A DNA stretch of 64,000 nt from Octopus vulgaris (Eukaryota). The position numbers and the translations under genes are program-made. The stretch is from assembly GCA_951406725.2 (NCBI GenBank), contig OX597814.1, forward strand, positions 34,100,001 through 34,164,000, in the 5' to 3' direction. Shown here piece by piece: positions 1 to 13,700 of the stretch. Every line of letters starts with the position of its first letter. The first letter of the stretch is position 1. A model generated the notes under the pieces. It did not search any database. It was not told where the DNA came from and saw nothing but the letters and a program-made list of their open reading frames with translations.

Positions 1-149
1 TACCAAAATTACATCATCTGTTCCTTGTGCATTACCAACTTGTCCTGCAAGTTTCATCATCAAATACCGCTCACAACTTTTTGAGTTATTTTGCACACAG
101 ACGGACAAACCAACATCGATGTATAACCTCCTTCCTTGGCGGAGGTAAT
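1..149 (+). mobile_element. 3' end of a Helentron/DINE-like non-autonomous element
   Basis: Terminal hairpin aacctcc..ttggcggaggtaa; related copy at about 18755-19108. Confidence 0.45.
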
Positions 150-960
150 AAGTTTTTAGTTAGTTTTATTATAATTGCTCTATGAATACATTGGAAATGT
201 CTATGCATCCTTTAAAAAGAAATAAATTCAAAAGTGACCTTTGAATTTTGTCTCTGTAGATTGTAAAAGTGCACTGACTGTAAGGTCAGTATTGTGAAAA
301 TCGTACAGTCATGTTTTTTTTGGAAAATCAATTTGATTTTGATAATGATAATGATGGTGTGCTAATGATAAGTTTATACTCAATTTGTTTTATTAATTTT
401 TTTTTAGTGAAGAATTCACGGTGGTATTATCACAGAAGTACAAAGTATTTATTATTTAGGTGGAAATTTTTTTTCTAAAACTCTTCTGTCGCATTATTTG
501 ATAGTATTAAAACCACCATCCAACCAACAAACGAAAAAGTCTTCAGGTTTTCATTTTGAGCACAAGACATTCAGAATCTGACAAAATTGTTTTCTTAATT
601 AACAAAAAAAAAAAAAAAAAAAATCCAAAATCTCTTTTGATTTAGACTCAGTATTCCAATTATTCCTTTTCCAGAAAGTTGGAACTCCAACCCCGCAAAA
701 AATCCAATTTAAACTACTCCATCGAATATCTTTCTATTTAATTTCTTGAGACATAAATTGTAATGATACCAATAAGCTAATTTGAACCACTTTATATTCT
801 CATATGAAACCAGATCATCTGTATCATTGATACTTTTGTCACATCAATTACCCCATCCAGTAAATATGTTTTATCATTGAAGAAAAAAGAATGATATTGG
901 TGGTGGTGATGTTGGTGTTGTTGATGGCATTATTGTTGGTATCATTGTTGTTGTTATTAT

Positions 961-1600
961 TAAGGCAGCAAACTGACAAAGCTGTTACCATGCTGGACAA
1001 AATACTTAGCATTTTTTATGGTTTTATGTTCTGGGTCATCTTTGCTTTTCATCTGGGGTTGATAAAATAAATACCAGTCAAACACTGAGGTTGATGTAAT
1101 TGACTAACTTCTCTTCAAAATTTCAGGCCTTTTGCCCATAATCAAAAGAATATGGCAGTAAGCAGGTAGAATCATTACCACATCACTTAAAATACTTAAC
1201 AGCATTTCTTCTGACTTTACTTTCTTGGCTTAAATTTTGCCATGGCTGACTTTACCTTTCGTCCTTTCGGAGGTCAATGAAATAAGTACTGGTTGACCAC
1301 TGATGTCATCAACTAGCCTTCTCCCATTAAATTTCAGGCCTCTGCTTATAATAGACAGGATTATTATTAGTATTATTAAGGCATTAAATTGGCAGAATCA
1401 TTAACATGTTGGATAAAATGCTCAACAGTTTTTCTTCTGACTCATTATGTTCTGAGTTCAAATCTGCTGAGGTCAACTTAGCCTTTCATCCTTTTGGAAT
1501 CAATAAAATAATGTACCTGTCAAGGAGTGGGGCCAATGTAATTAACTAGCCCCTTCCCTTACAATTTTAGGCATTGTGCCGAAAGTAGAAAGATTTAATA
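961..1600 (+). mobile_element. Three tandem decayed tRNA-derived SINEs (Nin/Deu-domain type)
   Basis: Repeated aaggcag..gcagaatc..ttctgagttcaaat..gcctttcatcc..gataaaataagtacc; same family as 55502-55877. Confidence 0.7.
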
Positions 1601-1648
1601 TTGTTTCTATTATCATTTTGATTTTTCTTATTTTGATTGTTTCTTTAG

Positions 1649-1707
1649 TATTTCAGTACTATCCAGGACTCTTTTGTTAGTCTTTTTGTTCTACTAACAA
1701 CTGCTAA
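1649..1707 (+). CDS. TPCN1: TPC1 exon: YFSTIQDSFVSLFVLLTTA(N), pore helix/filter I
   Basis: ttctttag acceptor, gtaagt donor at 1708. Confidence 0.93.
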
Positions 1708-4700
1708 GTAAGTATAATATTCTTTTTTAATTAACATGTTTAACATTTCTTTATTTTGTTGTTTTCTGTCAGAAATTTTATAAGAGGTTTGGCTTCTAAA
1801 TACCATTTTCCTTTTTGAAATATGATAAAATGCTGCTATAACTTAGACTTTTTTTGCTTGATGCATATTGAAAAAGAGAAAAAAGTAAAAGTTGATTGGA
1901 ATAGATCAACAGGAACATTTGAAAATGTATGTTCTTTTATATTGTGTTACTGGATTTTTCACACAAAATTTTTAGCCTTAAAATATTTTGAAGCTACGAT
2001 CTAGAAATAAAGAATTTCTGACAAAAATTCTACAATAGTTCTGGATAATGTAACTTATTGTTTCCTTTCCATCATTATTGTAAAGCTTCATGCTTATGTT
2101 ATGGAGTATGTACATATGCATCTTGTTGGATTTTTCAGGATATTTAGCATCACTAATTAGCGAGACTGCTCTGCTCCACTTGTAGCCTTTTGCACATTTA
2201 TTTGTATGATTATATGCCTATGCATGTATATATATCCTTTTTTCTTTTACTTATTTCAGTCATTGGACTGCAGCCATGTTGTTCTACTGCTTTGAATGCG
2301 TTTAGTTGAATAAATTAACCCTAGTACTCTTTTTTTTTTTAATCTGGTACTTGTCCCATCAGTCTCTTTTTCTGAAGTACTAATTTAAGGGATGTAAACA
2401 AAAGAACATCAGTTGCCAAGTGGTTTGGTTGGGGTGACACACACATGCACACACACACACACGATGGGCTTCCACATATCTTTCCTCTACTAAATTTACT
2501 GACAAAGAATTGGTTAACTCAGGGCTTTAGTAGAAGACATTTACCTAAGGTCCTGTACAGTAGGACTGAGCCAGAATCTATGTGGTAGCAAAGTGAGCTT
2601 TTTAATCACTTAACCATGCCTGCACCTATGTATGAATACATAAGTGTATCTATGCAAGAATATATATGTATGCATTTGTATATCTATGCATAAAAACTCA
2701 TGTAATTTACGCAGGTGATTTTTAGGATAAAAATTTTTAAAAACTTCTACTCATGTAAAATTCACACCCCAAAATTTTCAGAATTGCTGACAGGGGTAAA
2801 AGGTTTTCAAGTTAGTTGTATTTAGCATAATTTCACTTACTTATGATTAGATTTTATTAAACTTTCATTAAATACAAATAATTTCTGTTTAATAGGTATC
2901 ACATTAAAAGCTATTAAATTATAAGTATTTGTAAATTTTATTTTACATTTCTTACCCTCAAGAGATTATATCTGATCTTTAGCATACTGCTGTATGACAT
3001 TGCCAAAGTTAAACTCCCCAAAAGGCATAATCATTAGAGTCCACGAAAAAGGCTGGCTTGCTGAATCCAACATGAAAAATGACTAAGACTTGTGTGGGGA
3101 CAACATCCCAATACCTGTGAACGTAGTTTATTAGTTTCTAAGTGGAATTGGGTAGACAGAAACTGTGTGGAATCCTGTCAGTTGGACTGTATGAAAGTAG
3201 TGGGCAAAGTATTGTACCTGTAATTTAAAGAATATTTCTTATTGTATTATAGATGCTTAAATAATACAATGAATATGTTGTTCATGCTTAAAAAACTGGA
3301 ACACTCAAAGTAAAAAGTAATGCAATGTCTATTGTGTGTGTGTGTGTGTGCATGTCTACATATATTGATTCATTTCACATACTTTAAATAACTGGAACAG
3401 AAATAGAAGCTAGTTTCTGAAGTGTTAGATTAAATATTACGGAGATGTACTTGCATAGCAAGTGACCTGATCTGAGATTGTGTGCTGGAACGAAAACAAT
3501 TGCAGCATGGAAGGTGTTTATAACCCATTTAAGAAACACACAAAAACCGTTAGATTCACTTCAACATTTAAATTTAATTTGTCAAAATATTTTTGTCGCT
3601 TTGAGACTGCGACCTGTTCTCTGACAGCACTTAGGTGAACTTAGCCATTTAGAATAAAGTCATATATTGCTACATGTTATATTCTTTAGCTTGTTGTAGC
3701 TAAACTTATGTTGTATGACATATATTTTTGCAATAGATTGGGTGAGTTTTTACAGAAGTTACTCATCTGTTAACAAGTTTATCCTCATATATGTAATGGT
3801 GAAGTAGTAGAATTGTTGCAGCTACAGAGAAAATAAAATATCTTGGAGTATTTGTTTTGAATCTCTACAGTCTGAGTTCAAATCTTGCTGAGGTCAACCT
3901 TTCCTTTTGTATTTTTGATATCAATAAAGTTCTAGTTCAGAGTGGCAGATTAGTAGAATTGTTTGAACAGCAACATCAAATGGGATACTTTGATATTTTG
4001 TCAAATCTGTATTGGCTCTTTGTGTTCTGACAGCGACTCCTACAATGACATTAGTGCCAAATTTGTATCAGTCATACTTTTACTGTGGACAACATTGGTA
4101 GCATGGGTGAGGTTGCATGCATGGGCAACTGTTAGTGCACCCTTGACCTGATCTGTACCTTGGAGAGGAACTTTCCAGATGCAAACCTATAGCCACATGG
4201 GATATAAGAAGATCCTGGGTATTGTATCTGGTAATGTTTGAATGTGATTTTTATCACAACTATAATAAATAAATATAAAATGCTGTTTGTTTTTATTTAT
4301 TAGGTTGGTGCATAATTATTGCAGCTTTTTTTCAATAAATTTTATTCAACAAAAACAATGACATTTAACAAAAACATCTTTAGATGATTATTCTGGAGCA
4401 TATTCACCTTCTACTCCAATTACTGCTTCCCATTTGCTTGGCAGCCGGTTGGAATAATCAGTTAAAGATGTTTTTGTTAAATGTTGTTTTTGCTTTTGTT
4501 GAATAAAATTTATTGAAAAAAAGCCGCAATAATTATGCACCAACCTAATAATGCTATTTTTAACAGCTGTAATGCATAACTGTTAATGATGTTTTTTGTC
4601 TGTCTTGTTTTCACAACTAGCTATCCTGATGTTATGATGCCTGCTTATAACGAATCACGTTTTTATGTTGCATTCTTTATAATCTACCTCAGTCTTGAAT

Positions 4701-7700
4701 TATTTTTCCTCATGAACTTGGTAAGTGTATTTTAATATGTATTGCTGTTAGAAGATAGATAAAAAGAAAAAAAATCTAACTAATTTTTAGTAACATTGTC
4801 ACAAATAGGATAACAAATGGCTGAAATTTAGATAAACGTGACATAAATTAGTGACACCAATAACAGGAATGGTGAAATGATTTACTTTGAAAACTGATAA
4901 GAGTGACATTCAGAATATGACTTAACTCATGGTCCTTTTTTTAGGACGAGAAGGATAATCCATCATATTTCTGCAACACCTGTATTTTTCTGAGGTATCT
5001 TTAGTTAGTCATCAAGACTGGAGTGTCTTTCAAATATTGTAATAAAATGTTGTATAAAAAAAGATTTTTGGTAATAAATTAAATAAAAAAAAGGGCTCTA
5101 ATGGGTTAATTTTAAGTACAAAGAAATTACTCTAATATATGAATTCAGTTTGAGGATTAGCAGTTACTGTTTTAGTTCATGGTGGTGATGATGATCATTG
5201 TCAGCAAATGAAATGTGACAGGTGATTAGGTCTGCCAAAGCAGGTCAGTTTTACATTAACTTTGTGTCTTGATAAATGTAATTGCACTGTGTAAATTTAC
5301 ATGCATAAACTGGATACTTTTTGCAAATAGTGATTTCTTTTTACTTGTTATGAAGCTTATTTTTGTTGGGTGGATTATAAATGATTGAATAACTCCCTCA
5401 TTAGTATCTAACAATGTTATAAAAGGAAACAAAAATAAATGGACCATGGTGCAATTTCATGTTTAATTTAAATCAGTTCAATTTTAAAATTTATTGATTA
5501 TTCAGTACAGGAGAGGCATTGCCCATAACATTTGAAAACCTTGAATTGGTGAAATCAGAGCTGTTAATATTTAATTTGAACTTCAGTTGGTTGACTCCTA
5601 TTGACATATATGTGCAGGGAAAAGATTTCAGAGGTGTGTAGTTTTGAGGAGGAATGATTGAAAAAATGCTTAGTTCAGACTCAGACTCTGCAAAGTTGTA
5701 AGGACTAACATAGAAGGAATGATATGAGAAAAGTAGTGGTGGATGCATAGAGTAAACCTAGATGTGGTATGTAGGGTGCTAGTTCAGAGAAACAGAAGCA
5801 GTTGTAGGAATGTAACATAGAAAAAGATGGGGGCCAACCTCTTTGTGATATAGTGGGATAGGAGATTCAAAGGATGCTTAGCAGAAAGCTCTATAACTCT
5901 GACTATGTACTCTTGCTATATTGATGATATCAACATCATCATCATCATTGTTTAACGTCCGTTTTCCATGCTAGCATAGGTTGGACATAGTAGCAAAAGC
6001 ATCTCTCCAAGACAATATCTATGGACCTGAACTAGAAGGTAGCACCATGGAGGGCATCCAGCAAATAGCTAACTTCATCCACCAGAATATTAAGGTAACA
6101 ACAGATTACCATAGTAAGCACTCCAACTACAGGCTACCTGTTTTAGAAACTGAATTCTCATTGGAAATTAGAAATAACAAGGTCCAAATTCTCCATTTGC
6201 ACTATGCCAAACCTATGGCTTTCAAATACCTGATCCACGGGAATGCAGCAATTGTGGATGATACTAAGTTCAATATCCTAACAGCAAACTTGACTAGGGT
6301 GATGATAAATGTAAGCTGCATGTGTGACCTGATTAGAGAGACACATACAGCTCTTCATTTACTACTTTCAGTTCTCTGCATACAGCCAAAGAGACAGGAT
6401 CAAGGTGTATGAAGGAAACATGACAAAATTCAAGACCATCATAGAAAATGACACTAATGAGATTTACCTGCTATACAAGAATAAATCATGTAATAACATA
6501 GAAAGAACTAAGAGGAAGATAGGTAAGGCCTAGCCAAAAATACCAGTGTCATGTTATCCTTGGAGGTGAACTAGCATATCGTTTTAGAAAACTCTTAGGT
6601 AAACCGAATTCACAAATTAAAGTAGTTGAAAGGCCAGGAACTCCCATAAAATCCCTGATCTGTAAAACATATTCATTTAAAAGAACTCCTTGCACTGATA
6701 GGAAGTGTATAGTGTGTAGAGTAAACCCACAAATAAACTGTAAAACTAAGAATGCAGTATAAAGTGACAGAGGATGGTGCAGAAAAAGGATGATGATGTA
6801 TATTGAAGAGACGGTCCATAGCATAAGAGAGGGCATAAGTGAACACTGGTGGGAACTCAAGGAGAAGAAAAGCTTGTCTGTTCTATACAAATGTGCCAAA
6901 CTAGAACATAGGGATTCAATAGATAACATAGATGTTAGGATCTTATCAACACATTGAAAAGACACAACACTCAGACAGATTATGGAGTCCACACACAATA
7001 TAAAATAGACTGAAACTCAACAGAATATGTGAATGGAATTATAACATCCCCCATCTCACAACCTGAGAACTGAAAACATGGGTACAAGCAATGTAATATA
7101 CAAACACAGACACACAGATACAGACACAAATGGATATGCAGATAGGGATACATACCATAAAAAGACAAGATGGAATAGACAGGACAAGACCAGAGAGAAG
7201 AGGAGTTACAAAGAGTAGATAGTCATTGAAGAAGTCACAGAATGTGTAATGAAAGAATTCTGACAAATAAACCAATAATAATAATAATAAAGCTAAAGTG
7301 AAGATCAGATAAACAGTGCATGTGTTTATTGGCCAAATGATCGTCCCCAAATGTAACAATATTTTATAGAATGCTTTCCCTGTTTATATGTCATTGATGG
7401 CTGTTTTCTCTCTTTTTTAAAGCTTCTTGCTGTTGTGTATGATAAATTTTCTTCATTAGAGAAAGAAAAACTGAGAAAGTTATTCTTTCACAAAAGACTT
7501 GGCTGTCGTTATGCCTTCCAGTTGCTTGTCAGTAGGCAGGTAGGTAATAGAATTTCACTTCTCACCAATTCCATCTCTGGCAAACGTAAATAATACATAA
7601 TATAATAAGCTATAATATTGCCTTGAAAGATCCATGGGTCGCCATGAAAAACAATGTCTTCATGTAGTACATTGACTGCATATCAACTTGGGTCCAGCAA

Positions 7701-10700
7701 GAACCAAAACCATGTTGTAGAGTTGACTAATTAGAGAATTAGCATAGCTAAAACAGTGTATATATACTATATAGTAATACAGTAATTAAGGTTAGTAAGC
7801 AAGCAGAGTTTATTATTACTACCTATTTAAATTTTATATAAGTAGATATATTTGACAGAATCAATCTCAGTATATTGGTTGTACTTACTGAGTTAACTTT
7901 TGTTAATCTCAGTATAGTTTCAACTGAAAGCCAGAATCCAGAAAAGCAAGCTAACAACACTATCTTATTATAACTCACAATAATTGTTTCTTTGCATGAA
8001 GAACTTCACATTCACAGAACACTTATCCATTTTTAAGTGTGTGACCCCCTTCGGTCATGAATGATCATGTGATTGCACCTAGAAAGTTACCCTCTGAGGC
8101 ACAAGTCTGGGCTGGGTTGTTTATGGAAGACCAGCAGTCACCCATGCATCTCCTCTCCATGCCACCGATGTTATCCAAGGGAAAGCCAAAGGCAGATACA
8201 GCTTGGCATCAGTGATGTCACAGCTCATTTATTGACGTGCAAGTGGCTGAGTACTCCACAGACACGTGTACCCTTAACATAGTTCTCGGGGAGATTCAGT
8301 GTGACAAGGCTGGCCCTTTGAAATACAGGCACAAAAACACATGTAATAGTATAGTTCTAACGGAAAGCATAGCTATGTGTTAAAGAAGTTTGCTTTGTAA
8401 TTTATGTGATTGTGGATTCAATCCCACTGAATGGCCCCTTTGGAAAATGTTAAGTGGTAGATTTAATGTTGTCAGCTTCAACACTGCTGTATGAGACTCT
8501 TGGGTGCCTTTATTTGAGTTCACTTTATTGAAAACTTTCAATCAAATCTGACAATAACTCAGTACCCTGGTGTGCTGTTTCCTATTACAGCAACCTAAAG
8601 GTTGTGGTTTCTTCCTCTCTTTCTGCCATCAGTCTCTGAGGTCTTGCAAAAGTCATCTGACTACTCTTCCTCATCTGACAAAGTCATGAAGACATCCCTA
8701 TTAAGGCTTTTTTGGATAATGTTCCTTGAGAGTATTGGATAAAGCACCTTTAGTGTAATGGGTAAAATATCTTGAGTGTATTGGATAATAAAAATGCCTA
8801 TATAAAAATTAGCATTAGAAATTGTACTTTAAAAGAAAGACTGAAATAATATACCCCAAAAGTAGATTAAATATACACATCTCATTGTTATACATTTGTA
8901 TCAGTAAAATAAAGGAAATTTCATTTCTTTCTCAGCATCCAGCTACAATTCAGCTGAAACATTTTCAAGGAATGATGCAGTACTTAAGACCTAAAATGAG
9001 TATGTATTTGTGCTATCATTGTAATTCTGTAAAATATATTTCCATTTTTAGCATAGAAAAAAGAAAAAAATTTTGCTGACAATCCAGAAAGTGAGATGAC
9101 AAAGTGGAGAGATGCTTGACAGTATGACAGTATAATGAAGGATCAAATGGGCTTGCAGCCCGACCTGGGGTAAAGATTGCAACAAGTAAGCATGATAAAC
9201 CATGATCCCTGAGCATGGGGGGAGAATAGAGGATCAAACAGGAATGGAAAAAAAAGGAGTGGACTTAGACCAGAAATGGACAACAAGAAAGGAAGTGGCA
9301 AAGGAATGGTAGAAGAGGAATTCAGCTGCTGCAGAAAGGTTGTTTGCTAGTTACATCGGGCTGAGAATTCACCAAGGGAAGGTGTGTCAGAGGAAAGCAA
9401 TTCAATAGCGTGGGTTGAAAAGCCATAAGACGTGTGGCCAGAACCTCTTGGAAAGAAACCATAGCAAGGGTCATTCCACAGTTGAATCGGAACAGCCAAA
9501 AAAAGTCATAGGCATGAAGAAGCCAAAGATTAAGTGGCCGAAAGCAAATGATGCAACAAGCTATAAAATATTTGACGACGAGGTAGCAAGAATGACCACA
9601 AAATTCAACAGGGACGATGAGCTAAAGCTAGTAGGAATGGTGTACTTTAATGATGATTTGGATTCTGTTTCTAGCAGGTTGAGTGATCATTTATAGACTC
9701 CTTCATTCATTGTTTGTATTTCATGTAGGCTTTTGGAAATTTCTGGTTACTGAAGTTATATACAACTTATTTATATTCTCATGTCAGATTTGCTTAATAT
9801 ATTTAGACTACATATGCTTGTAAATTTATATTGAAATTTTATAGTGAAATGAAAAAAAATATATATGTTATAATGTACCCCAATTTTTTTCTAGGCCGGA
9901 AAGATGTCTACCTAACATTTAAAAGTATGAATGTATTATCAACTGGTTCATTGTCACTCACTGAGTTTTTTACAGTGTATGGATGCAGTAAGTTAAAATG
10001 GAAGGTGCGTAAATTTTTCTATCAATCTGTTTACAAATTCAGTAACAGATAAATAAGTCTGATGACATCATCAACATAGCAAGCTGTGACCCTATACTCT
10101 TTTGTATAACTTTTAATTTATAACTAATTTTTTCTCATAATCGAGCATCAGAACTATCAAATTTGACAGTATGCTAAATGACTTCTCTTTTCTGATCTGA
10201 GTATGAAATCGTTTCTAGAGTTGTGATACAGAATAGACACAACAAAAGAGGTGCATAGGAATAGCAAGTCTTCTACAGCATTGCGTATCACCAGTTGACA
10301 TGGTCTTCAGTCATCTCCTTTGTCAGATGTAACATATCATCCCAAGTCTTCTTTGGTCTCTCCCTCCCCAAAATATCAATTACTTTGAGTGCCCAGCATT
10401 TGCTTATGCAGCTGCCATCCTTCATTTGCAGCACATACCTATACCAATTCAGACCCCTCTCTTGCACACTACAACTGATTCCTCTTATACCCAGTTTGTC
10501 TTAAGTTCATTTATACTTTATCATTCATGCATACTAACATGGTGCAACCAGTGAAGCATGTTTGCCTCATTTTTTTCAAGCCTTTGCATATCTTCCACCC
10601 TCAAGACCTATGTCTTGCTACCACACAGCAGCACGCTTCATATAGGAGCATCATATAGTCTGCCTTTGATCTCGAGGGATAATCCTATTGTTGCCAGCAA

Positions 10701-13700
10701 AGGTAATAATTCTCTGAGCTTTCCCCAACATGTTCTTATTTTAGCTACCACACTTTTGGAACATCCACACTCATTACTAATTTGATCACCTTAGTAGAAA
10801 ATGTTATCAACCACTTCGGGCATTCAAGAGAATCTATATCCCAAGTGCTTGCTGTCCTCGTGTGCCTGGTGGATCTGAAGTATACCCTTTCCGTTCTTTT
10901 AATGCCACTATACCTTTTGTGTATCCATTTATTACACTGAACAGACTTTATAAAGTTTCTACTGGCTTCTTTTCTGCAGGTGAAGCACTTTTGCAAGTAG
11001 CTAATTTAAGATTTCTTGTTCTAAATATTCAAGATATAGCTTTACTGTTTTGGCCATCTGTATACTTTTTTATGTGTTGTCTGTTTTTAATGGTTTTATT
11101 AATATAAAACCATTATACATGCCATGTAAAGCTTTTCCTTTAGGAAAATAGACATGCCATGTTGATCCAATGTGCAGAGTCTCATTTAGCTGTTTGGATT
11201 GAGTTTACTTTTCTGATCTAAAGTTTCCAGTTCTTACTCAGTGCAGTCCATTTCATCTAATTGCATTGTGAACCCATTTTCTTATAGCCGGTTTATAATA
11301 TGATAGTATTCATTCCCTGTAATTTCCCTTATTTTCCAACTATTATGATATTTTAAATTTAGAGAGGCTTTAATTACATACCTTTTATTATTAAAACATT
11401 TCAAGCAAATATTTCTACCATTTCAAGTCACTCGAATTATTCTAGTCACTATTTATAATTAGATGATATTATTAATTTGATTGACAACATGGTTATAAGT
11501 TCAAATCTGTTATTGCTTTCCTCAGTCCATCTTGTTGACTCTAGCGTTACACTTCACAGAAAATCAGTTATTGCAAGGAAGGGTATAAAGTTGTAATAGG
11601 ATACACTCTAACAACATGTAAATTTGTAAAGCAAAATAACATATTCATTTGTAAATAATAATGATAATAATCCTTTCTCCTATAGGCAAAAGGCCTGAAA
11701 TTTTGGGGGTGGGTGCTAGTTGATTACATTAACCTCAGTGCGTAACTGGTACATATTTTATTGACCCCAAAAGGATGAAAGGCAAAGTTGGAATTTAAAC
11801 TCAAAATGTAAGGATGGATGAAATGCCGCTAAGCATTTGACTGATGTGCTAAAGATTCTCCCAGTCACTACCTTAATAATAATAACAATAGCAATAAAAA
11901 TGAAAAATGGATAAAATAAATCTTTAATTCAATTTGAGCTGTAAGGCATAAAATGGTGCTCATTTAGTTTCCAGTTTACTATGCAAATATTTGGTTGAGT
12001 GAGCTCCTTGAAACTTAACAACATGAATCAGTAATGAAACATTAATAAAAGCAAATTTGCTGTTTATATATATATATTTCAGCCTAAAAATGTATCAACT
12101 ATTTGGTCAGAAGATTTCAGATATCCTTTTAATTTGATTTTTCGAGGTAAATCATTTTTACAGATTTCATAAAGTTCTTAAAAGTCAAATTTGCCTTTGA
12201 ATCCTTTTCTTTCTTTCTTTCTTTCTTTCTTTTGTTTTAGTGTTGAACATTTTATATTTGTACATTATGCTTTTAATAATGGTTCTTTTTGCAATAAATA
12301 CAGTAACATAATCTTTACTACAATAAGCATAAAGCCTGAAATTTTTGGGGAAAGAGTTTGTCAATTACATATTGACCCCCCTAGTGCTCAACATTTTATC
12401 AACCCCAAAAGGATGAAAGGCAAAGTCAACCTGCATGGAATTTAAACTCAGAACAGTGTAAAGCCAGAAGACATGCTACTAAGCATTTTGTCTGGCATGC
12501 TAATAATTCTGCCAACCCTCCACTTTGATACAGTAACTTGATAGAGAAATCACCTAAATTTCAAATTTAGTCTATTAATATAATATAATTTATAGGAATA
12601 TAAATCACTTCTAATACTTATCTGGTACTTTATTTTATCAATCTCAGATAAAATGCACTTTTGACCTTGGTATGGTTTGAACTCAGAATGTAAAAGGCTG
12701 TAACTAAATACTGCAAAATATTTTTCCAACCCCAATAATTCTGCTAAACTATCAGCCTAGGGTTATTCAAATTATATATATTATTGGATTACTGGGGAAT
12801 AATCTTGACTTGTAAAAGTTTATTTGATATTTAAACTAGTAGGGAAAAGGTTGTAGTGTCATTCATTTGATATTTCAAAACATTATTGTCTCTTCTGGAT
12901 TTGTGTAATAGGAATGTTTTAAAACATTATTCTTCTTACTAAAAGTCTTTCATTTACTTGAAAACAATGGAATTTCTATTATCCTAAAAGAAAAGCTTTA
13001 CACATACAATAAACATAGTTCTGTACTTTAAGAACAGAAAAGCAAAAAGGGAAAAAGTAAATAGGAAAATGAAGTTTTGCTTGGTGCTTATTAATATGAA
13101 GGGCTACCCAAAAGAAACTGGAATTTTGCAATATTATTTTATTCACTTTGTTTTACAAGTTTACACTTTTATCACTTGCAAAGTATTCTCCATTTAAAAC
13201 AATGTATTAGTTCTGACACATTTTCCGCTGTTTGAAGCAGTCTTGGAACTCTTGCAAAGAACTCTTGTAAAGCGATGCCTTTTAACACCTCTGTCATTTT
13301 TTTTCATCACCTCTTCCACATCGGCAAAACTTTTTCCTTTAAGGACTTTTTCCATTCGGGCATGGGAGGGAAAGGGACAAACAAAAGTCACAGGGAGCAA
13401 GATCGAGTGAATAGGGAGGATGGGTAAATGGGGTCATGCCATTTTTGGTCAAAAACTGCCTCACATTCAAGGCAAGTGTTTGCAGGTGCATTGTTGTGAT
13501 GAAACCACCACTCTCCACTTTTCCACAGGTTGTAGTGTTTTCATCTCACCGCATCTTGCAAACACTTCAGAACTCTAAGTAAAATGTCTGGTTAACAGCT
13601 TGGCCAAGAGGAACAAATTCTGTGTGGACAGTTCTTTTTGCATTGATGAAACAAATCAGCATCGTTTTGACATTGAACTTCACTTGACACACTTTTGGGG

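Noticed and set aside
250-600. Possible upstream TPC1 exon (AG sites near 259, 408 and 546)
   Set aside because: No reading resembles the expected GFYLF...DP segment; that exon is probably upstream of the window.
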